From contig JBHGNT010000971.1 in assembly GCA_043228905.1 (NCBI GenBank), positions 1 to 13,275 on the forward strand: a stretch of 13,275 nt of DNA, in the 5' to 3' direction. The first letter of the stretch is position 1; each line of letters begins with the position of its first letter. Of the stretch, positions 9,172 to 13,275 are shown piece by piece. The notes beneath the pieces are model-generated. The model had not been told where the DNA came from and did no database searches. It worked only from the letters and a program-made list of their open reading frames with translations. This stretch comes from Azolla caroliniana (lineage: Eukaryota > Plantae > Polypodiophyta). Both the position numbers and the translations under genes were made by a program.

Positions 9172-9260
9172 ATCCTATGCATGGGATGAGATAAGAATTA
9201 CCCTATGTTTTAGAGTTATCCTATGCATGAGATGCAATCAGAATTGCCCTATGTTTTAGA
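9164..9260. repeat. 46-bp tandem duplication at the LINE 5' junction
   Basis: TTAGAGTTATCCTATGCATG at 9164 and 9210; AGAATT.CCCTATGTTTTAGA at 9194 and 9240. Confidence 0.9.
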
Positions 9261-9284
9261 CTTGTCTTGTGCATCTATAATTGT

Positions 9285-9769
9285 AACGAATGAGGTGAGC
9301 CAAGAAGAGCTTATAGCAACAAGGATAAGGTATCTTGAGATAAGTCTAGAAGAGTTGGAGTTGGCACTTGGAAGGCTGAAGGCAACACAAGTAAGGACCA
9401 AGGACAGATTCAACAAGATGCATCGACTGCTCCTAAAGAATCAACATAACTCGATGAGGAAGTTTACAAGACGATGGTTCAGAGTAAATGGTGACAAGTG
9501 CAAATGACAATGCCATTGAACACCTTACCATACTCGACGACACAAGGCTAGCGGTATCCATAACGAACAAACGAGTTAAGATCTTCATGACACAACATGA
9601 AGATGAACCAAATCTCAATGACCTTCATGAAGACGAACATAAAAATGAGCAATGATCAGGTCACAAGGATGACGAAGAGGATGCAGATGCGAGAAAGTCA
9701 GAGGTTGACTACCTTCGACCCCACCATTCTTGGCACGCATTGGACGATATGTGGTTTGATGGGGGTGGA
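9285..9769 (+). mobile_element. Ty3/Gypsy pol 3' remnant (integrase C-terminal GPY/F region) with polypurine tract
   Basis: EVSQEELIATRIRYLE..RLKATQVRTKDRFNKMHRL..NQHNSMRKFTRRWF (GPY eroded), then after a frameshift VTSANDNAIEHLTILDDTRLAVSITNKRVKIF and an acidic tail. G-rich tract GATGGGGGTGGA at 9758-9769 directly precedes TG. Confidence 0.75.
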
Positions 9770-10127
9770 TGTCATGATATGGCATGCCCAAAGGAAGAAA
9801 ACATCGAAAAGGGCGAGATTAAGGCAACCACAAATTGTATATATGTAAATATGGAAAATATATAAATAATAAATAAAAGTAGGTGGTCTAGTGGATGAGG
9901 CCATAGATTGTGTAAAAGGAGTTTCTTAACATGTGTATAAAAGGAGGGGGAGACAACTCATTTAGGGGTTCATTATTTTAAAGTGGTTTTGAGTTACAAA
10001 AATACATTATTTCAATTCCAAAAATTTCATCTCCTTCTAATAAGCATTTGTATATGTCCAAACCCAAAATCGAACTAGAGACCTCTAGTGTGGGAGACTA
10101 GCATAATAACGAACTACACAATCTAGA
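9770..10127 (+). mobile_element. 3' LTR (partial/degraded) of the Gypsy element
   Basis: Starts TGTCATGA immediately after the PPT; TATAAAA at 9936-9942; its last 73 bp are homologous to 11670-11742. The exact right end is uncertain. Confidence 0.6.
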
Positions 10128-10759
10128 TGCATTGAAATAAATAAATTTTTATATTTGTATTGAAATGATTTTGCTAATCCATTGAATAAAGTGATTGTTA
10201 TTTGCAAAAATTCAAGATGTCAATTTTGAAATGAATAGTTCAAAACACTATAATCGTTCTAAATTCTAATTAACGTTGTCGTGAAGATTTTCGACAACGA
10301 TGTGAAAATTACATGGAACGTACAAAATCAAGTGTGGTTCTTCACACGAGACATGAAACAATAATAGAGAAGTTACTATTTTAGATTAGCTTAATATCTT
10401 GGTACGAGAAGATGGAGGTCTTCAAGAGCTTTCGAATGCTTTTTACTACATAAGAAACAGACATATAAGTGTCAAGTTATGTGGGTATAAAGTTTTACAA
10501 AAGAAAAAAAAGAGAAAAATCAAACTGTGAAATATCCCACATAGATAGAAAGAGTTTAGGCTCCAGCTATATAACCAGATTGAGATCCATCATATTTTAT
10601 CTATGTCTTAAGAGCAATAAGAAATAATTAGACTTGAGCCACTTTTGTCTAGATGGACATATGTGGCTAAGTCGTTGGACGTGGCTAAGTGCCCAAACCA
10701 GCCGGTGAAGAAACTCAAACTGGTCGACGACAGAACTAGAAACTGGATGGAGTCAGCAA

Positions 10760-10990
10760 CCAATGACTGGACGGAGCTGGCAAATGGCGATCGGCGATGG
10801 AACCGGCGGCGGAGCTGGTGACCTAGCGGCGATCGGTGACTCGACATTTGGCGAGGTTTTTGCCAACCAAAACTGGTGGCAACTGGTGACCGGCATCCGG
10901 TGACCGGCATCCGGTGACGGATCCGGTAATGGACAGTGACAACATCCGACGACGGAATCGGTGACCCAACATCCAGCATCTGGCGACCTC
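10760..10990. repeat. GC/CpG-rich degenerate 7/14-bp tandem array
   Basis: GGTGACCGGCATCC occurs exactly twice (10885-10912), flanked by variants (CCGGTGA, CTGGTGG, TCGGCGA, TCGGTGA, CATCCAG). Confidence 0.8.
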
Positions 10991-11106
10991 GGGATGCGGA
11001 CCAAACCGGGCCAAACTGAACTAATGCAAATTGATGGGGTCGGTTGATCGCGGTGCATGGTGTCTTAACGATATTTGGTCCAAAAGCCTAATAGTATTTT
11101 GTGCAT

Positions 11107-11187
11107 AAAAGAAAAAGATGTAAGCGAAACTCGAACTTAACACCTCTAAGATAGGAAGCAACAAGCTTACCATTAAGCCAAACCATT
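11107..11187 (-). pseudogene. tRNA-derived relic / SINE-head-like Pol III promoter (A box, B box, oligo-T)
   Basis: Minus strand: A box TGGCTTAATGG (11180-11170) with an intact D stem GCTT/AAGC; AGAGGT variable-loop-like segment; B box GTTCGAG with G at 11136, 44 nt from the A-box start as in a tRNA; then TTTTTCTTTT. Acceptor and anticodon stems are broken. Confidence 0.55.
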
Positions 11188-11249
11188 TCTTTAAGGATCA
11201 TATTTTTATCATTATAACTTTACATGTAAATTCTCATGTGTGAGAGCTT

Positions 11250-11742
11250 AGATGATGACATGGCAAGCATGCATTTCATGCATTCCTTGCATGTCTTACA
11301 CACTCACATGCACCATATGCATGGGGGCATCTATAAAAGAGTGGAGGAATCAAGCAAAAGGGGATTTTTATCAAGCAAGCTTTGTACTTTATATCAAAAT
11401 TAATATTAAGAAGAAATTTCGTTATCCAAGCAATGTATTAATCAAGAAATAAAAAGTAAGAAATTCGTTATCCAATTGATGTATCAATCTTGTTCTTCAA
11501 ATCTAAAGTCAAGTGTTCTATCTTATCTGAATCTCTCTCTCTTTCAATCTATCTTAATTCCTTTCTCGCTAAAGCTAGTGCGTACTTCGAGTCCTTCTGG
11601 TCCAGAACCCTGGCGGTTCCACCTCACGATCCGCATATAGTGACGGTTCTTCACAACAACGTCTTTACTTGTCCAAACCCGGACTTAAACCGAATATCTC
11701 TAGTGTGTGAGACTAGTGTGATAACCAACTACACCATCTAGA
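11250..11742 (+). mobile_element. Second LTR-like segment related to the LTR at 9770-10127; may extend left towards ~10130
   Basis: TATAAAA at 11332-11338; internal ~47-bp duplication (AAGAAAT(T)TCGTTATCCAA at 11411 and 11458); 11670-11742 aligns ungapped to 10055-10127 at 57/73 identity. Confidence 0.55.
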
Positions 11743-12660
11743 CCCATCTATGAAAATAATGTCATGGGATTTATTCAAATTATTTTGCTAATTAGACAAA
11801 AGTGATTGGGACATGCCAATTAGATGGGAATCACGAGGTTCTTAGTAGCTCAACGAAATCTTTGGGACTACCTTGTGTTTAGACAGAACAAGATAACACT
11901 ATTGGAGGCAAGAAATGAACACTTCTTTTTGCTTTTCTTACGATAAATGCATGATTTGCCCCTAGTTTGAGGGAATACATTACTATTATTTACAAAAATA
12001 CAATATGTCAATTCTATAAAGGTAGTCCAAAGAATATTCTAACATTGCATCACATCCTCCTTGTCCCCCTATGGACCTATGGTCCCTCTTCGACAGTGTA
12101 TGTAACCCTATTAATAGAGAATCGGGCGAGAATGATCATCAATCACTCTCAAGCCTATTGTCTCATAACCCTAACCTCACTAGCTCTCACTCTCACATTA
12201 ACTCTCTCTTAATAGATTGAATAGATCTTAATTAAACTTCACTATTAAGCATGCCTACACATAAGGCAATTACACATATAAAGACAACGACCACTTCCAC
12301 CAATATGAAAGCATGTGGCACACATATAGGATGTAGAGGGGTTAGGGTTTCATTGATTAACATTTATACTTTAATCACACTCTAGCTCTAGTTAAGATTC
12401 AAGTGGCCATTTGGCTTTTAGTTTTGGGTAGGACTTTCTCTATCCCCTTTTTTATAGTGTTACTTTGAGCTTTATATGTACTTTTATCTTGGTGTCTCGA
12501 ATGGTATGTACTTCACATTTCTTGACGACACGATAATGGTCCATTTTGACCTAACGTGGACAGAAAAACTTGACTGCATCAACTCCTCCACATGGACTAT
12601 TAAGAACATGTGTCATTTCCGTGCACCTCTATGAATCGATAGAGTTTTGTCTCTCGTCGA

Positions 12661-13275
12661 TGTCGTTAGACTTGAGTCTACACTAGTGTGTATACCCTTT
12701 TGGTGGTGAACCGGGCTGAGGGGGTTGTTGAGCACCTTCAAGATACTAGCTTGCTTAGCTTTTTCCGATTAACGCTTAATCTCTTTCTCTCTCTCTCTCT
12801 CTTGCTTTACTCTCTTACACAAACAAGATATATTATCATTAACACCACTTCTTAATACAAGGAGGTTTAGCACCATACAAGAGGAGGAGATTAGGGTTTG
12901 GCTTACTTATATAACTTTCTTTCTTTCTTCTTTCTCTTAACACTAATAAAGTCACAAAAGGTGGGTTTTATAGCTTTTTACATGGCTTGTGTCTCCCTTT
13001 CACACTACATTGCCCATAGGCCTATATTATTTCCACTAGATCACCCTTTTTCCTAAGGTTAGTTGAGATCAGTGTATCTTGTTGGTACTACAATCTCCAC
13101 AACCAATGTGCCACGTGCCAAATACTAGACCTCCCCCCAACCTAATGAGTGCACACTCTCGGGTGCACCACACTGTGTGTGTAATGGGCGAAGATGGTTG
13201 AGATAGAGTATGGTGGGCGAGATGGGGTGAGCGGGCTCTTCAGACTCGAAGGGTCATAGGATGCAAAGGGTGCGT
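12661..13275 (-). mobile_element. Possible LTR (minus orientation), running off the window
   Basis: The minus strand ends ...CTAACGACA at 12661 (plus strand TGTCGTTAG, similar to the TGTCATGA terminus at 9770). TATAAAA lies on the minus strand at 12972-12966. Weak similarity (AAGCTAGT..AACCC..CGGTTC.ACC) to 11572-11623. Confidence 0.4.

Noticed and set aside
10608-11058. Three overlapping minus-strand ORFs (123, 101 and 63 aa)
   Set aside because: They are by-products of the GC-rich tandem array, giving repetitive peptides with no recognisable domain.
11107-11187. Functional tRNA gene
   Set aside because: The acceptor, anticodon and T stems do not pair; it is kept only as a tRNA-derived relic.

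Overview
This is AT-rich eukaryotic (land-plant-like) genomic DNA. The left part holds one intact 8-exon minus-strand gene (CDS 4619->1992, 1389 nt, 462 aa, all seven introns GT-AG). It encodes a conserved, uncharacterised plant WD40-like/beta-propeller protein. Upstream lie a telo-box/site-II cluster and a W-box/TGACG cluster, and a degenerate ~50-bp tandem array occupies the window start. The right half (~6.6-13.3 kb) is decayed transposon DNA: an LTR end with a tRNA-iMet PBS, a 5'-truncated non-LTR (RTE/RTEX-like) element, a Ty3/Gypsy integrase C-terminus with PPT and LTR start, further LTR-like pieces, a CpG-rich 7/14-bp array and a tRNA-like Pol III promoter relic. The two most interesting hypotheses are untested: the protein may be a DCAF17-like CRL4 substrate receptor (N-terminal H-box-like motif plus propeller), and the tRNA-like cassette may be built into an LTR-like repeat. 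All homology calls come from remembered motifs, not from searches.
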